From Verrucomicrobiales bacterium (lineage in GTDB: Bacteria > Verrucomicrobiota > Verrucomicrobiia > Limisphaerales > UBA9464), in contig JAIXXC010000180.1 in assembly GCA_027490985.1 (NCBI GenBank), forward strand, positions 11,174 through 75,173: a DNA stretch of 64,000 nt. Direction: 5' to 3'. Shown in pieces: positions 19,601 through 31,934 of this stretch; the first letter of the stretch is position 1, and the number at the start of each line of letters is the position of its first letter. Made by a program: the position numbers and the translations under genes. The notes under the pieces are model-generated. The model was not told where the DNA came from. It ran no database searches and saw nothing but the letters and a program-made list of their open reading frames with translations.

Positions 19601-19709
19601 GCTCATGCCCGAAGGGCTGCTTTCGGGTTTGCCTCCCCAGGCGGTGGCCGACCTGCTGGAGTTCGTGGCCCAGGCGCCGGCCCCGCTCGCGGTCCCTTCA
19701 AAACCATGA
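16644..19709 (+). CDS. PVC-type heme-binding protein (dehydrogenase-like beta-propeller + HEAT repeats + C-terminal CxxCH cytochrome c domain)
   Basis: ATG 16644 (GTG 16620 possible) with a signal peptide. N-terminal 'FRIELAASEPQVVSPVTMAFDEDGRAFVAEM...DGDGRFD...DTNGDGRAD' matches, from memory, the Pirellula/Verrucomicrobium membrane-bound-dehydrogenase domain. The middle is HEAT-like ('VRLHAVRL', 'RVRLQGAFALG', 'RVRAAAIQSLG'). C-terminal 'CVSCHRAGSDGHAVGPDL'. Confidence 0.85.
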   Translation: MCWASIALLAVWSCTAAEPSAPPRTRVTYSEAYGKADKATAVAAGELVRVAPVPPDRAAQTFQIRKGFRIELAASEPQVVSPVTMAFDEDGRAFVAEMIDYSERRDETPHAGRIRMLEDLDGDGRFDRSTVFADNLPWPTALICSRGGVYVGASPDLLWLKDTNGDGRADERRVVVSGFGSGVARLNVQALLNSFNWGLDHRLYGATGPNGGQRVVEAGSEGPGLGGPGLDLRGLDFSLDPLSGTLRPETGGGQYGLSFDSVGRRFVCSNSDHLQWMAFDRVHATRNPRIALPSARVSIAADGPAAEVFRISPDEPWRIVRTRWRISGVVPGMVEGGGRVSGYFTGATGATVYRGDAYGPDFADNVFIGDAGGNLVHRKVLHPEGAGWVARRAADEQGVEFLASRDTWFRPVHFQNGPDGCLYIVDMYREVIEHPWSIPEAIKAHLDLNSGHDRGRIWRVVPEGFRRPPQRRWSRASIGECVAALESPNGWVRETVSRLLHERQDPSAVPELERLLRQSTVPLARMHALYSLEGLKALDTVRHLQPALVDPDERVRLHAVRLSEPRWGGSDPAIRGLQKLLLALDEDPSPRVRLQGAFALGAGSGPERNQTLVRMVLRDGEDSLVQAAVLSGLNSGAGEVFQALTRIPGFAQRPRSGEFLESLARLMGSQGIRAEGEVFLDQMARTEWSEQAPRLVRAFLEASVRSGDPSGTWASDERLQRVFRAALVRAEDEAVPETQRVRAVELLAAGRYAEVVEPLSRRLEAESAPRVRAAAIQSLGRFHDPGVAQRLLNPWKRYRADDRVAVLALLTQRAEWARTLMAAVERGDVAPSEIPAATARALQGHASTAVAEAALRWLPKESSSADQVAALQPALALPGSAARGSGIFLERCVSCHRAGSDGHAVGPDLVTVRTSGKAKLLTSLVQPHAEVAPQYIAFTVETVDGETYSALIARETPTQVTLRLGGGRELDLERRAVRSMRSSGQSLMPEGLLSGLPPQAVADLLEFVAQAPAPLAVPSKP

Positions 19710-19746
19710 ATGTCCACCGATCCAGGGCGGTCCACCTCCTTTTCCC

Positions 19747-21915
19747 ATGCGCTTGAATTCCTCTCTCGGGGCGATCCTCGGATTGCTGCTTCCCATCGCG
19801 GCCATGGCCGGTGTCGCCGGTCCCGACTGGCTGGTCGACCCGTCACCCTATCGGGCCCGCGTCCACGTGCGCCCGGACCGACCGGAGGTGGTGCTCGAGA
19901 ACGGCCTGCTGCGTCGTGTCATCCGCATCGAACCCAACGCGGCCACGGTCTCCCTCGAGAACCAGATCAGCGGTGAGTCCTTGATCCGCGGGGTGAAACC
20001 CGAAGCGGTGGTGGAGTTGAACGGAAAGCGCTTCGAGGTCGGTGGACTCGAGGGCCAGCCCAATTACGCCTTCCTGCGGCCCGAATGGGAGGGACGGCTC
20101 AAGGCGCGGCCGGCCGCGTTCCGCTACGTGGGGCATCAGATCGGAGTCCCGCAGGAACGGATGGCGTGGAAGCGGGTCCGGCACCATGCGCCCGGGGTGC
20201 AGTGGCCGCCGCGTGGGGTGACCTTGAGGCTGGATTTCGAGGCGCCGACGGCCTCGGATCTCGAGCCTTCTCTGCGCGGGCTCCGCATCGCGGTGCACTA
20301 CGAGTGGTACGACGGACTGCCCTGCTACTCCAAATGGCTGACCCTCAGCAACGGGACGGCTTCGGCGGTGACGCTCAACCGGTTCTCCAGCGAGGTCCTC
20401 GCGGCGGTCGAGCGTGTCTCCGAGGTCGACGAGCTCACCGTCGGACTCACCCCGCCCAACTTCCATGTCGAGACCGACATGGCCTTTGGCGGCATGACGG
20501 CGGCGGGAGCCAATCGACGTTCGTACCGGTGGCTGCCCGATCCCGAGTTCCAGTCGCAGGTCAACTACGAGAAGAAGACCCCGTGTCTCCTCGAGGTGGG
20601 TCCGGATCTGGGGCCCGACCAGTCGGTGCCACCCGGAGCGACCTTCGAGACCAGCCGGGCCTGGATCCTGCCGCAGGACAGCACCGACCGCGAACGGTGC
20701 GGTCTGGCGGTGCGGCGCATGATGCGCACGGTGGCTCCGTGGGTGACCGAGAACCCGTTGATGATGCATGTGGTGTCGTCCCACGGGCCGACGGTCACCA
20801 ACGCCATCGATCAGTGCGCGGCGACCGGCTTCGAGATGATCATCCTGAGCTTCGGCAGCGGCTTCGACATGGAGAATGAGCGCCCCGAGACCCTGCAGAA
20901 AGCCCAGGCCTTCGCCGCCTACGCCCGGAGCCGGGGCATCGAGATCGGCAGCTATTCGCTGCTGGCTTCGCGCAGCGTCGGTGGGGGTCACGACGTGGTG
21001 ATGCCGCCGGGGCTCAAGCCGGCGTTCGGAAACTCGCCCTGTCTCCAGAGCCGCTGGGGCACGAACTACTTCCGACGCTTGTACGACTTCCACCGGCAGA
21101 GCGGATTCACCCTGCTGGAGCATGACGGCTCGTACCCCGGTGATCCCTGCGCGGCCACCGATCACCCGGGGCACCGTGGATGGGCGGACTCCCGCTGGAA
21201 TCAATGGGTGGAGATCCGTGATTTCTACCGCTGGTGCCGCGGTCAGGGGTTCTACCTGAACGTGCCCGACCACTACTTCATGGCCGGTTCCACCAAGACC
21301 GGCATGGGCTACCGCGAGGTCAACTGGTCGTTGCCGCGTGAGCAGCAGGTCATCCACACCCGCCAGAACATCTACGACGGCACCTGGGAGAAGACCCCCA
21401 GCATGGGGTGGATGTTCGTGCCGCTGACCGAGTATCAGGGCGGGGGAGCCGCGGCGACGATCGAGCCGTTGTCGGAGCACCTGGACCACTACCGCCGCAT
21501 GCTCGAGAGCAATCTCGCCCTGGGTGTGCAGGCCTGCTATCGCGGACCGCGTCTCTTTGACAGCGAAACCACCCGGGCCATGGTCAAGGCGCAGGTCGAC
21601 TGGTTCAAGGCGCACCGGGACATCCTGGAAAGCGATGTCATCCATGGGCGTCGGGCCGACGCCCGGGATCTGGACTGGATGCTTCACGTGAACCCCTCGC
21701 TGAAGGAAAAGGGGTTGCTGGTGGTGTTCAATCCGTTGGATGAACCCGTGCAGAGGATCCTGAAGCCCGACCTGCACTACACCGGGTTGACCCGGACGGC
21801 ACGGGTGCGGGAGCGTGGGGGGGCTGCCCGGCGCCTGACCGTGGGACGGGATGATCGGATCGAATTGAAGGTGAGCGTGCCGGCTCAGGGCATGAACTGG
21901 TGGGTGATCGAATGA
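19747..21915 (+). CDS. Secreted hypothetical protein, possible TIM-barrel glycoside-hydrolase-like enzyme (family not assigned)
   Basis: 722 aa with a signal peptide '[22 protein letters not shown]'. The C-terminal half ('[17 protein letters not shown]', '[10 protein letters not shown]', '[11 protein letters not shown]', '[11 protein letters not shown]') looks like an (alpha/beta)8 hydrolase. The functional call is weak. Its stop overlaps the next start (ATGA). Confidence 0.75.
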   Translation: MRLNSSLGAILGLLLPIAAMAGVAGPDWLVDPSPYRARVHVRPDRPEVVLENGLLRRVIRIEPNAATVSLENQISGESLIRGVKPEAVVELNGKRFEVGGLEGQPNYAFLRPEWEGRLKARPAAFRYVGHQIGVPQERMAWKRVRHHAPGVQWPPRGVTLRLDFEAPTASDLEPSLRGLRIAVHYEWYDGLPCYSKWLTLSNGTASAVTLNRFSSEVLAAVERVSEVDELTVGLTPPNFHVETDMAFGGMTAAGANRRSYRWLPDPEFQSQVNYEKKTPCLLEVGPDLGPDQSVPPGATFETSRAWILPQDSTDRERCGLAVRRMMRTVAPWVTENPLMMHVVSSHGPTVTNAIDQCAATGFEMIILSFGSGFDMENERPETLQKAQAFAAYARSRGIEIGSYSLLASRSVGGGHDVVMPPGLKPAFGNSPCLQSRWGTNYFRRLYDFHRQSGFTLLEHDGSYPGDPCAATDHPGHRGWADSRWNQWVEIRDFYRWCRGQGFYLNVPDHYFMAGSTKTGMGYREVNWSLPREQQVIHTRQNIYDGTWEKTPSMGWMFVPLTEYQGGGAAATIEPLSEHLDHYRRMLESNLALGVQACYRGPRLFDSETTRAMVKAQVDWFKAHRDILESDVIHGRRADARDLDWMLHVNPSLKEKGLLVVFNPLDEPVQRILKPDLHYTGLTRTARVRERGGAARRLTVGRDDRIELKVSVPAQGMNWWVIE

Positions 21916-23603
21916 AGGACGCGATGATGAACAGGAGCGTGAATCGGGTCGGGTGCTGGCGATGGCTGGGGTTGCTGCTGTCGATGATGGTCTCGATGGG
22001 GACGTCGCTTCGGGCTGAGGGACCATCGGCTCCGGTCGGGGCCGAGGCGACCGCAACCCGGGGGCGCGAGCTCTATCTGAAGAACTGCTTCGCCTGCCAT
22101 CAGATGCGAGGTCAGGGGATTCCCGGCGTGTTTCCTCCCTTGGCCGGATCCGACTACCTCCTGGCCGACATCGACCGGGCCATCCGGATCGTCTGCGAGG
22201 GGTTGAACGGAGAGATCACCGTCAATGGCCGGCGGTATGCCGGAGTCATGCCGCCCGCGGTCTTGGACGACGACGAAACGGCCGCGGTCTTGAATCACGT
22301 GCTTCGCAGTTGGGGCAATGCCGGACCCGAGGTGAGCGCGGAGCAGGTCAAGAAGGTGCGGGCCACGACGGCCTACCCCACGGTGGAGGCCCTCAGACAG
22401 GCCAACCGCTATCCGCCGTTGCCCAAGGCTCCGGAGGGGTTCCGGTTGCGCGAGGTGGCCCGGTTGCCGTTCCGCCCGGTGCGCCTGACCAGCGACGGTC
22501 GCGGCCACGGTCTGTATGTGCTGACCGAGCAGGGCGATGTCTGGCGTTTGGATCCCGCCACCGCGGCCTTGAAGCAGATCCTGCCCGCCAGCCGTTATCT
22601 CGAAAAACGTCCGGATGACATCGGCGGGCCCCTGTTCGTCCTGGGCATGACCCTCGATCGCCAGAAGCGCCTCTACATCGCCTCCAATCAGCAGAACAAG
22701 GCGACGCGCCCGTATCAGAACATCGTCACCATCTATCGCAGCACCGCTGTCAGCGCGGGCGATCCGGCGGAGCTCAAGCCCTGGTTCCAGACCAACTACC
22801 CGGGGAGTCCGGCCTACATCCATGCGGTCGAGCACATCGCCTTCGGGCCCGACGGGCATTTGTATGCCGGCAATGGCGGTCGCACCGACGGAGGACTGAC
22901 CGGCCCCGATTCGGAGTGGTATGGCGGCGGCGAAACTCCGATCACGGGTTGCCTGTGGCGGATCAAGTCCGACGCGCAGCCGCCGGTGCTGGAGGTGTAC
23001 GCCCGCGGAATTCGCAACGCCTACGGGTTCTGCTGGAACGACGCCGGGGAGATGTTCGCCACGGAGAACGGTCCCGACGCCGACGCCCCGGAAGAACTCA
23101 ACCACATCGAGGAGGGGCGCCATTATGGCTTCCCGTATCGCTTCGCCGACTGGACGAAGAAGGCCTATCCGACCTCGCCGGAGGCCCCGCCGGGCACGGT
23201 TTTCACGTTGCCGGTGGCCAATCTGGGGCCCGATGGGGGATTCGCGGGCACGCCGATGTTCACCTTCGATCCGCATTCCGGGCCCGGGGGCATCGTGTTT
23301 CTCGGGAAGGACTTTCCGGAGGGCTACAAGGGCACCTTCCTGCTGACCCGCTTCGGGAATTTCATCCGGTCCCCCAAGGACAACGCCGGATTCGATGTGC
23401 TCCGGGCGACCCTGCGCCGCAATGCCGAAGGACGCTACGAGGGGCATTTCCACACCGTGCTGTCCGGTCTGGGACGCCCGATCGACATCCACCAGGGGGC
23501 TCCCGGCAAGCTCTACATCGCCGAGTACTCCCGGGCCACCAACAGCAGCGACTCGTATGGGCCCTCGGGCCGGATCCTCGAACTGTCGGTGGCGGGGCGT
23601 TAG
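21912..23603 (+). CDS. Cytochrome c fused to a PQQ-dependent sugar (glucose/sorbosone) dehydrogenase-like beta-propeller
   Basis: ATG 21912 overlaps the upstream stop (ATGA); ATG 21924 is an alternative. Signal peptide, then '[11 protein letters not shown]...GVMPP' (class I cytochrome c). Propeller motifs '[20 protein letters not shown]' and '[24 protein letters not shown]'. Confidence 0.85.
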   Translation: MKDAMMNRSVNRVGCWRWLGLLLSMMVSMGTSLRAEGPSAPVGAEATATRGRELYLKNCFACHQMRGQGIPGVFPPLAGSDYLLADIDRAIRIVCEGLNGEITVNGRRYAGVMPPAVLDDDETAAVLNHVLRSWGNAGPEVSAEQVKKVRATTAYPTVEALRQANRYPPLPKAPEGFRLREVARLPFRPVRLTSDGRGHGLYVLTEQGDVWRLDPATAALKQILPASRYLEKRPDDIGGPLFVLGMTLDRQKRLYIASNQQNKATRPYQNIVTIYRSTAVSAGDPAELKPWFQTNYPGSPAYIHAVEHIAFGPDGHLYAGNGGRTDGGLTGPDSEWYGGGETPITGCLWRIKSDAQPPVLEVYARGIRNAYGFCWNDAGEMFATENGPDADAPEELNHIEEGRHYGFPYRFADWTKKAYPTSPEAPPGTVFTLPVANLGPDGGFAGTPMFTFDPHSGPGGIVFLGKDFPEGYKGTFLLTRFGNFIRSPKDNAGFDVLRATLRRNAEGRYEGHFHTVLSGLGRPIDIHQGAPGKLYIAEYSRATNSSDSYGPSGRILELSVAGR

Positions 23604-23659
23604 CCGTCGGCGGGTGTCCGAAGTCGGCGGTCAATGGCCGGGGGGAACCAGCCGGTCGG

Positions 23660-24382
23660 TCAGGCCACCCGCGTGGTTTCGGTGTCGATGAGCGGCAGCC
23701 GACGGCGTTGGTACCAGGCCATGCCCACCAGGTCGAAGAGGCCTCGGCCCAGCCGGTTCCAGACGCCGTACTTGGACACGCCCGCCGTGCGTGGCCGGTG
23801 CTTCACGGGTACCTCCAGCACCGTGCTTCCGTTGCCGGCCACGAGGATGGGGAGGAATCGATGCAGGCCGTTGAAGGGGAAGACTCCGGCCAAGCTCGTC
23901 CGCTTGAAGGCCCTCAGGGCGCACCCGGTGTCGGCGAAGTCCCACCCCAGGCTCCAGGACCGCACGCTTCGGGCTACTCGCGAAGACACCTTGCGAACGA
24001 AGGAATCCTGACGGGCGACGCGATGGCCGCACACGAAATCGGCCCGGTCCAGCATCTGAAGCATCCGGGGGAGTTCAGAGGGGTCGTTCTGCAGGTCGCC
24101 ATCGAGGGTGCACAGGTAGGGGGCGTCGGTCCGGGAGATGCCCGTCCAGATGGCCGCGCTTTGGCCGGCATTCTTCCGGTGGCGCAGCCCGGTGACCCGC
24201 GGATCCCGAGTCTGTTGGGTGCGGATGGCCTCCCAGGTGCCGTCGGTGGAGGCGTCATCGACGAGCACCAGTTGCCACGGCCGGGTTTCGGCGCGGAAGA
24301 CCTGGGCGATCTCGGTGACCAACGGAACGATGTTGTCGACCTCGTTGAAGACGGGGACGACGATGACAATCTGCGGAACCAC
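23660..24382 (-). CDS. GT2 family polyprenol-phosphate glycosyltransferase (Dpm1/ArnC-like)
   Basis: GTG start 24380-24382. 'IVIVVPVFNEVDNI', 'VLVDDASTDGT', 'TLDGDLQNDP' (DxD). 240 aa. Confidence 0.88.
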   Translation of the reverse strand: MVPQIVIVVPVFNEVDNIVPLVTEIAQVFRAETRPWQLVLVDDASTDGTWEAIRTQQTRDPRVTGLRHRKNAGQSAAIWTGISRTDAPYLCTLDGDLQNDPSELPRMLQMLDRADFVCGHRVARQDSFVRKVSSRVARSVRSWSLGWDFADTGCALRAFKRTSLAGVFPFNGLHRFLPILVAGNGSTVLEVPVKHRPRTAGVSKYGVWNRLGRGLFDLVGMAWYQRRRLPLIDTETTRVA

Positions 24383-24475
24383 GGCCCGAGCGTAAGGGGT
24401 GTCCGAGTGGGGAACCAGTCGTGTTTGAAGCCGTGTTTGAACCGACTTTCGAACCCCCGTTGGCCGATTCCGTGG

Positions 24476-24505
24476 GTTCGGGTTTCACGAGTTCGGGTTT
24501 CACGA
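24476..24505. repeat. Perfect 15-bp tandem duplication 'GTTCGGGTTTCACGA' x2
   Basis: Copies at 24476-24490 and 24491-24505, in the 159-bp divergent intergenic region between the GT2 gene and mutM. A second direct repeat 'GTGTTTGAA' sits at 24421-24429 and 24433-24441. Confidence 0.9.
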
Positions 24506-24541
24506 GTGGTGCCACCCGCGGAGTGGGGTTAGGTTCGGTCC

Positions 24542-25372
24542 ATGCCGGAACTGCCCGAGGTGGAGGCGTTTGGTCGCTGGTTGTTGCCCCAGATCCGGGG
24601 GCGGCGTCTGGAGGCCGTCACGGTGCTCAAACCCCGGTTGGTGCGTCCCTGTTCGGCCCACGAATTCTCCCGAGCCTTGGAGGGCTCTCGGATCCGGGGA
24701 ATCCAACGTCGGGGCAAGAGTCTGCTCTGGGATCTGGTGTCTCCCGGGGGGGACGAGTCCCTGCTGGTCTCTCATCTCGGAATGACCGGGTCTTGGGAGG
24801 TGTTGTCGCGGGAGGCCCCCCTGCCGCGGCATGCGGCCGTGGTGTTCGCGGTGGGCGATCTCCGCGTGGTGCTCGACGATCCCCGTCAATTCGGCCATCT
24901 CCGTCTGGGCGCCGCTGCGGTGCCGGTGTTGGGGCCCGAACCTCTGGACGAGGCCTTCACCCCAGAGCGGCTGGGGCGGGTCTTGGCCGAGTGTCACCGG
25001 CCGGTGAAGGTCGCCCTGATGGATCCCTCGCGTCTGGCCGGAGTGGGAAACCTGTATGCCAGCGAGGCGTTGTTCCTGGCCGGTATCGATCCGACCACAC
25101 CGGCCGATCGACTGGAACCGGTGGCGGTGGCCCGGGTGCATGGGGCCCTTCAGGCGATCCTGAGTGCGGCGGTGGAACGCAATCTCAGGGCCCTCCATGC
25201 CCATCGGCCCATGCTCTACCAACAGGATGGGCTGCCGGATTCTCCGGCCGAAGGAGGGCTTTGGGTCTATGACCGTGAGGGGTTGCCCTGCCGGCGTTGC
25301 GGGAGCCCCATCCACCGCTTCGTGCAGTCGGGGCGTTCCACCTATCAATGCCCCCGCTGCCAGCAGCGCTGA
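24542..25372 (+). CDS. mutM: Formamidopyrimidine-DNA glycosylase
   Basis: 'MPELPEVE' N-terminus (catalytic Pro2/Glu3). H2TH region. C-terminal zinc finger 'CRRCGSPI...YQCPRCQ'. Confidence 0.95.
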   Translation: MPELPEVEAFGRWLLPQIRGRRLEAVTVLKPRLVRPCSAHEFSRALEGSRIRGIQRRGKSLLWDLVSPGGDESLLVSHLGMTGSWEVLSREAPLPRHAAVVFAVGDLRVVLDDPRQFGHLRLGAAAVPVLGPEPLDEAFTPERLGRVLAECHRPVKVALMDPSRLAGVGNLYASEALFLAGIDPTTPADRLEPVAVARVHGALQAILSAAVERNLRALHAHRPMLYQQDGLPDSPAEGGLWVYDREGLPCRRCGSPIHRFVQSGRSTYQCPRCQQR

Positions 25373-25411
25373 TGCGTGCGGGGTTGTCAGGGCGGCCTTC
25401 GGCGGTGCTCA

Positions 25412-25894
25412 ATGGCCGCCGTGAAATGGGTTCCTGAAACTGTTGGGCCGATCCGGCCACTTCGGCGGCTCCTCGTGGCGGTGCCACTGTTCGTGGTGCT
25501 GCCGGTATCGCTCTTCGTGCTTTCCGGGTGCGCCTCGTCTCCCGCGCTCGGAGGGGGCAAGAAACCCGTTCCCGGGGCTCCGAACACGGTCCCGCCCCAG
25601 TGGTTGCGGACCGAGTTGTACCTCGCAGCCGTGCCGACCCCGGACTGGGAGGCGTTTCTGGCCGAACGGGTCACTCCGCGGTTTCCCGGCGGCTTCACGG
25701 TGTTCGACGCCTATGGGCAGTGGCGCCCGCCCCAAGGGGAGATCCGGCGTCTGACGACCAAGGTGGTGGTCATCTTGCATCCGCCCACCCCGGAGGCCGA
25801 GACCGCCATCGAAGCCATCCGCAAGGAGTACTGCGAAGAGTTCCATCAGATCTCCGTTCTCCGGTCGACCACCCCGGCCCTGGTTTCATTCTAG
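25412..25894 (+). CDS. Lipoprotein, DUF3574-like
   Basis: ATG 25412. Lipobox 'FVLSGC'. 'TELYLAAV...WEAFLAERVTPRFPGGFTVFDAYGQW' resembles DUF3574, from memory. Confidence 0.65.
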   Translation: MAAVKWVPETVGPIRPLRRLLVAVPLFVVLPVSLFVLSGCASSPALGGGKKPVPGAPNTVPPQWLRTELYLAAVPTPDWEAFLAERVTPRFPGGFTVFDAYGQWRPPQGEIRRLTTKVVVILHPPTPEAETAIEAIRKEYCEEFHQISVLRSTTPALVSF

Positions 25895-25900
25895 GCCTCC

Positions 25901-26488
25901 ATGAACCCGATTCCCCTCATTCTGGCCTCGGCCTCGCCCCGGCGGGTCGAATTGCTCAGACGCCTCACCCCGGACTTCCAGGTGATCCCCAGCGACGCGG
26001 CCGAGGTGCACGATGCGGCCCTCGGAGTCCGGCCCCTGTGCGAGCTCAATGCCCGGCTCAAGGCCACGCCGGTGGCGCAACAGCATCCAGGTCATGTGGT
26101 GCTCGGGGCCGACACGCTCGTCTGGCTCGACGGGCGACCGTTGGGCAAGCCGGCCCATCCGGTGGAAGCACGGACGATGCTGAGGGACTTGTCGGGCAAC
26201 GCCCATGAGGTGGTCACCGGGGTTTGCCTGATGCAGGCGGGCTCGGGTCGGATGGAGGTCTTCTCGGAGGTCACCCGCGTGGTATTTCGCACGCTGGACG
26301 AAGAACTGATCGAGCGTTACCTGGCCGCTGTTCATACTCTCGACAAGGCCGGAGGGTACGCCCTGCAGGAACACGGCGACTGGCTGGTGGAGTCCGTGGC
26401 CGGGTCCCACAGCAATGTCGTCGGACTGCCGGTGGAGGCCGTCGGGCGGGCACTGGCCCGCTGGGGCCTTGCCGTCACCGGGCCTTGA
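25901..26488 (+). CDS. maf: Maf-like nucleoside triphosphate pyrophosphatase
   Basis: 'LILASASPRRVELL', 'VLGADTLV', 'DKAGGYALQE'. 195 aa. Confidence 0.9.
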   Translation: MNPIPLILASASPRRVELLRRLTPDFQVIPSDAAEVHDAALGVRPLCELNARLKATPVAQQHPGHVVLGADTLVWLDGRPLGKPAHPVEARTMLRDLSGNAHEVVTGVCLMQAGSGRMEVFSEVTRVVFRTLDEELIERYLAAVHTLDKAGGYALQEHGDWLVESVAGSHSNVVGLPVEAVGRALARWGLAVTGP

Positions 26489-27788
26489 GGCGGCGGAATC
26501 GGGCCGGGGCGCTCATGATCACCGCCCACAACAGCAAGGTGCCGTTGAAGGCGACGAGCAGCTGCACCACCCGCTGCAGCCCTTCGGCCGGCGAACCGCT
26601 CAGCAGCGCGGTTTGAAAGCCCCAGAGACCACCGCCATACAGCAACGCCAGCACCAGGGCTCCGGGCACGAAGCGGAAGTCGCCATGGGCCATGCGGTCG
26701 CTGAAGAGCACGTTGGCCAGCGTGAAGGCCAGCATGCCCCAGGCGAACCAGGGCACCAACGGGGCCGACAGCGCGGTGGGGATTCCCGGGAGCAGGATCC
26801 GGACGGGGAGCCAGGGCAGGACGGTGCAACCCAAGGCCGCCAGGCCGCCCAGGGTGGCGGTGGCGATCAAGGTCCAGCGGAAGGCCTGATGACCGTCACC
26901 CCCGGCGGCGCTGCGGGCCACCTTCGGGAACATGACCAGCGCCAGCGGCACGGTGAATTGGCTGAGCGCGAACCCGATCTGAGCGCCCGGTGAATAGCGC
27001 GATCCGACCTCTTTCTGCCACGATTCGGGCACGGCGGCCTGCAGGAACAGATTGTCCAGCTGGCTCAGGCATTGGAGAGCGGTGGCGCCGAGAAAGAGCG
27101 GCCAGAAGCCGCCCGTTGTTCCGGTGGCGGCCTGCGGGGGGGTGTCGGGTGTCGGGGCCGTGGGCATGGCCTCCATGGGCCCGGGTTTGAGCGCGCGGAA
27201 ACCCACCGCCATGGCGAACAGCGTCGCCGCCAAAGCTCCACCCACCGCGCCGGAAGCACCTCCGCCCACCCAGGTCAGAATGGCCACCACCGCGGCGAAG
27301 CGCCCCAATCCGTCGGCGATCGACATGGATCCCAGCCCGGCGAAATCCTGTCGTCCTTGAAGAACGCCCCGTTGAATGGCTGCCAGCAGCGACGCGAGGA
27401 TGAGCCCCCAGGTCATCCAAAGAGGCCAGACCGAGGGGAGTTTCAACCATCGGCTGAGCGCCGGCCCCCCGGGGATGAGTGCCACTCCGACCCCGGTCAT
27501 GATGATGAGGACCGTCCCGGCTGAACGCTTCAGGCGTCTTCGGGTGTCATCCATCGCCTCGCGGCTCAGCGCCATGGCGGTTTGTCGCGCGGCCATGGTC
27601 CAAAGCGCTCCCTGTGCGGCCCCGATGACGTAGAAGATCGCCATCAGGGATTTGAACTGGAAATAGACCTGGGCCCCCCCGAGTCGGGTCACCGATCCGT
27701 GCACCAGCGCCATGCCCGCGCCCCCACCCACGGTGGCTGCGACCATCCACAGGCTTTGCTTCAGGAAGCGCGATCGGGACTCGCTCAT
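26475..27788 (-). CDS. Multi-pass membrane protein, MOP/Wzx-like oligosaccharide flippase candidate
   Basis: ATG 27786-27788 ('MSESRSRFLKQSLWMVAATV'). About 12 predicted hydrophobic helices. 437 aa. Its start lies 2 nt after the rluD stop. The family call rests on topology and composition only. Confidence 0.6.
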   Translation of the reverse strand: MSESRSRFLKQSLWMVAATVGGGAGMALVHGSVTRLGGAQVYFQFKSLMAIFYVIGAAQGALWTMAARQTAMALSREAMDDTRRRLKRSAGTVLIIMTGVGVALIPGGPALSRWLKLPSVWPLWMTWGLILASLLAAIQRGVLQGRQDFAGLGSMSIADGLGRFAAVVAILTWVGGGASGAVGGALAATLFAMAVGFRALKPGPMEAMPTAPTPDTPPQAATGTTGGFWPLFLGATALQCLSQLDNLFLQAAVPESWQKEVGSRYSPGAQIGFALSQFTVPLALVMFPKVARSAAGGDGHQAFRWTLIATATLGGLAALGCTVLPWLPVRILLPGIPTALSAPLVPWFAWGMLAFTLANVLFSDRMAHGDFRFVPGALVLALLYGGGLWGFQTALLSGSPAEGLQRVVQLLVAFNGTLLLWAVIMSAPARFRRLKAR

Positions 27789-27790
27789 GG

Positions 27791-28786
27791 TCAACGTCGG
27801 GTTCGAGCGGTGGGCGGCGGCGGTGTCTGGGGCTCGGGCCCGGGTTGGCTCCGGGCCCGATCCAGGCATCGGGCCATATCGGGAGGGAGAGCCGCCTCGA
27901 AGCCGACCCGTTCACCCGATCGGGGATGGAGGAATGCCAACCGGGCGGCATGGAGCATCTGGCGCGGAGCCTTCCACCGGTGTTCCTGGAAGAAGCGGGT
28001 GTTGGCGCGTTCGCCGTACACCTCGTCGCCCAGCAGTGGAAAGCCCAGATGGGCCAGATGCACGCGGATCTGGTGGGTTCGGCCGGTGTGCAATCGGCAT
28101 TCGACCCAGGAGGTGCCCTCCAGAGCCTCGATGCACCGGTACTCGGTCCAGGCTTCCCGCCCTTCGCCCGGTGTCGTCACCGCCATCTTCTTGCGCTGGA
28201 TGGGGTGACGGGCGATCGGGGCGCGGATGTCGCCATTGAGCGGATGGACCGTGCCGATGGCCAATGCCAGATAGCTTTTTTCGACCGTGCGCTCGGCGAA
28301 CTGGGCCGAAAGGTGATGGTGGGCGGCATCGTTCTTGGCCACCACGATGCAGCCGCTGGTTCCGAGGTCGAGCCGGTGCACGATGCCCGGCCGCTCGACG
28401 CCGCCGATCCCGCTCAAGCGCCCTTGGCAATGATGGAGGAGGGCGTTGACCAGCGTTCCGGATGCATGCCCGGCCGCGGGATGCACCACCAGATCGGCCG
28501 GTTTGTCGACCACCAGCAGGTCGTCGTCTTCGTGGAGGATCGACAGGGGGATGTTCTCGGGCAGCACCTCGCTGGGGATGGCCTCGGGCCAGCGGACCTG
28601 GATCCGGTCACCCACCCGGGGGTGATCGGTGGCCTTCGGTGGGGTGCCATTCACGAGCACGGCCCCCTCGGTGATCAATTGCTGGAACCGACCCCGCGAG
28701 GTGTCGGGAAAGCGGTCGGCCAGATAGCGGTCCAGACGCAGGCCGGGTCGGCTCTCGGTGATCTCGATGTCGATGGGGTCGGGCAT
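27791..28786 (-). CDS. rluD: 23S rRNA pseudouridine synthase (RluD/RluA family)
   Basis: ATG 28784-28786 ('MPDPIDIEI'). S4 domain 'LRLDRYLADRF'. Catalytic 'HRLDLGTSGCIVVAK'. 'GRTHQIRVHLAHLGFPLLGD'. The track ORF start at 29092 is an upstream extension. Confidence 0.93.
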   Translation of the reverse strand: MPDPIDIEITESRPGLRLDRYLADRFPDTSRGRFQQLITEGAVLVNGTPPKATDHPRVGDRIQVRWPEAIPSEVLPENIPLSILHEDDDLLVVDKPADLVVHPAAGHASGTLVNALLHHCQGRLSGIGGVERPGIVHRLDLGTSGCIVVAKNDAAHHHLSAQFAERTVEKSYLALAIGTVHPLNGDIRAPIARHPIQRKKMAVTTPGEGREAWTEYRCIEALEGTSWVECRLHTGRTHQIRVHLAHLGFPLLGDEVYGERANTRFFQEHRWKAPRQMLHAARLAFLHPRSGERVGFEAALPPDMARCLDRARSQPGPEPQTPPPPTARTRR

Positions 28787-28925
28787 GGTTCGGACACCGT
28801 TCGTGTCCGGTGACCGGCACGGTAAGCGGCGGGACCTCCGAAGGCGACCGCCAATCCGGCACAATTCCCGGACCCTGCGGTTCCCCGCTTGCCGCCACCT
28901 CTGGCGGGTCCGTAGATTGGGAGGC

Positions 28926-31775
<2,850 letters not shown>

Positions 31776-31934
31776 GGTCCGAGTGACCGAGGCTCGGGTT
31801 CGGGCACGACGGACGCACCTCGGGTGGTTCTGCAGGGCAAAGACGGGGTAGTGCATCACCACGGCGGGGGTGCATCTCGCCTTGAGGATTCGCCGATTCG
31901 GGGCTAGAAACACAGAAACCTAGGTTTTCCAAGC

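Noticed and set aside
13498-22056. Series of long - strand ORFs (13498-16440, 15801-18317, 18408-19598, 19843-22056)
   Set aside because: All are antisense to + strand genes with clear motifs (PEP-CTERM, DsbD, CxxCH protein, hydrolase-like protein). Their composition is typical of off-frame high-GC translation.
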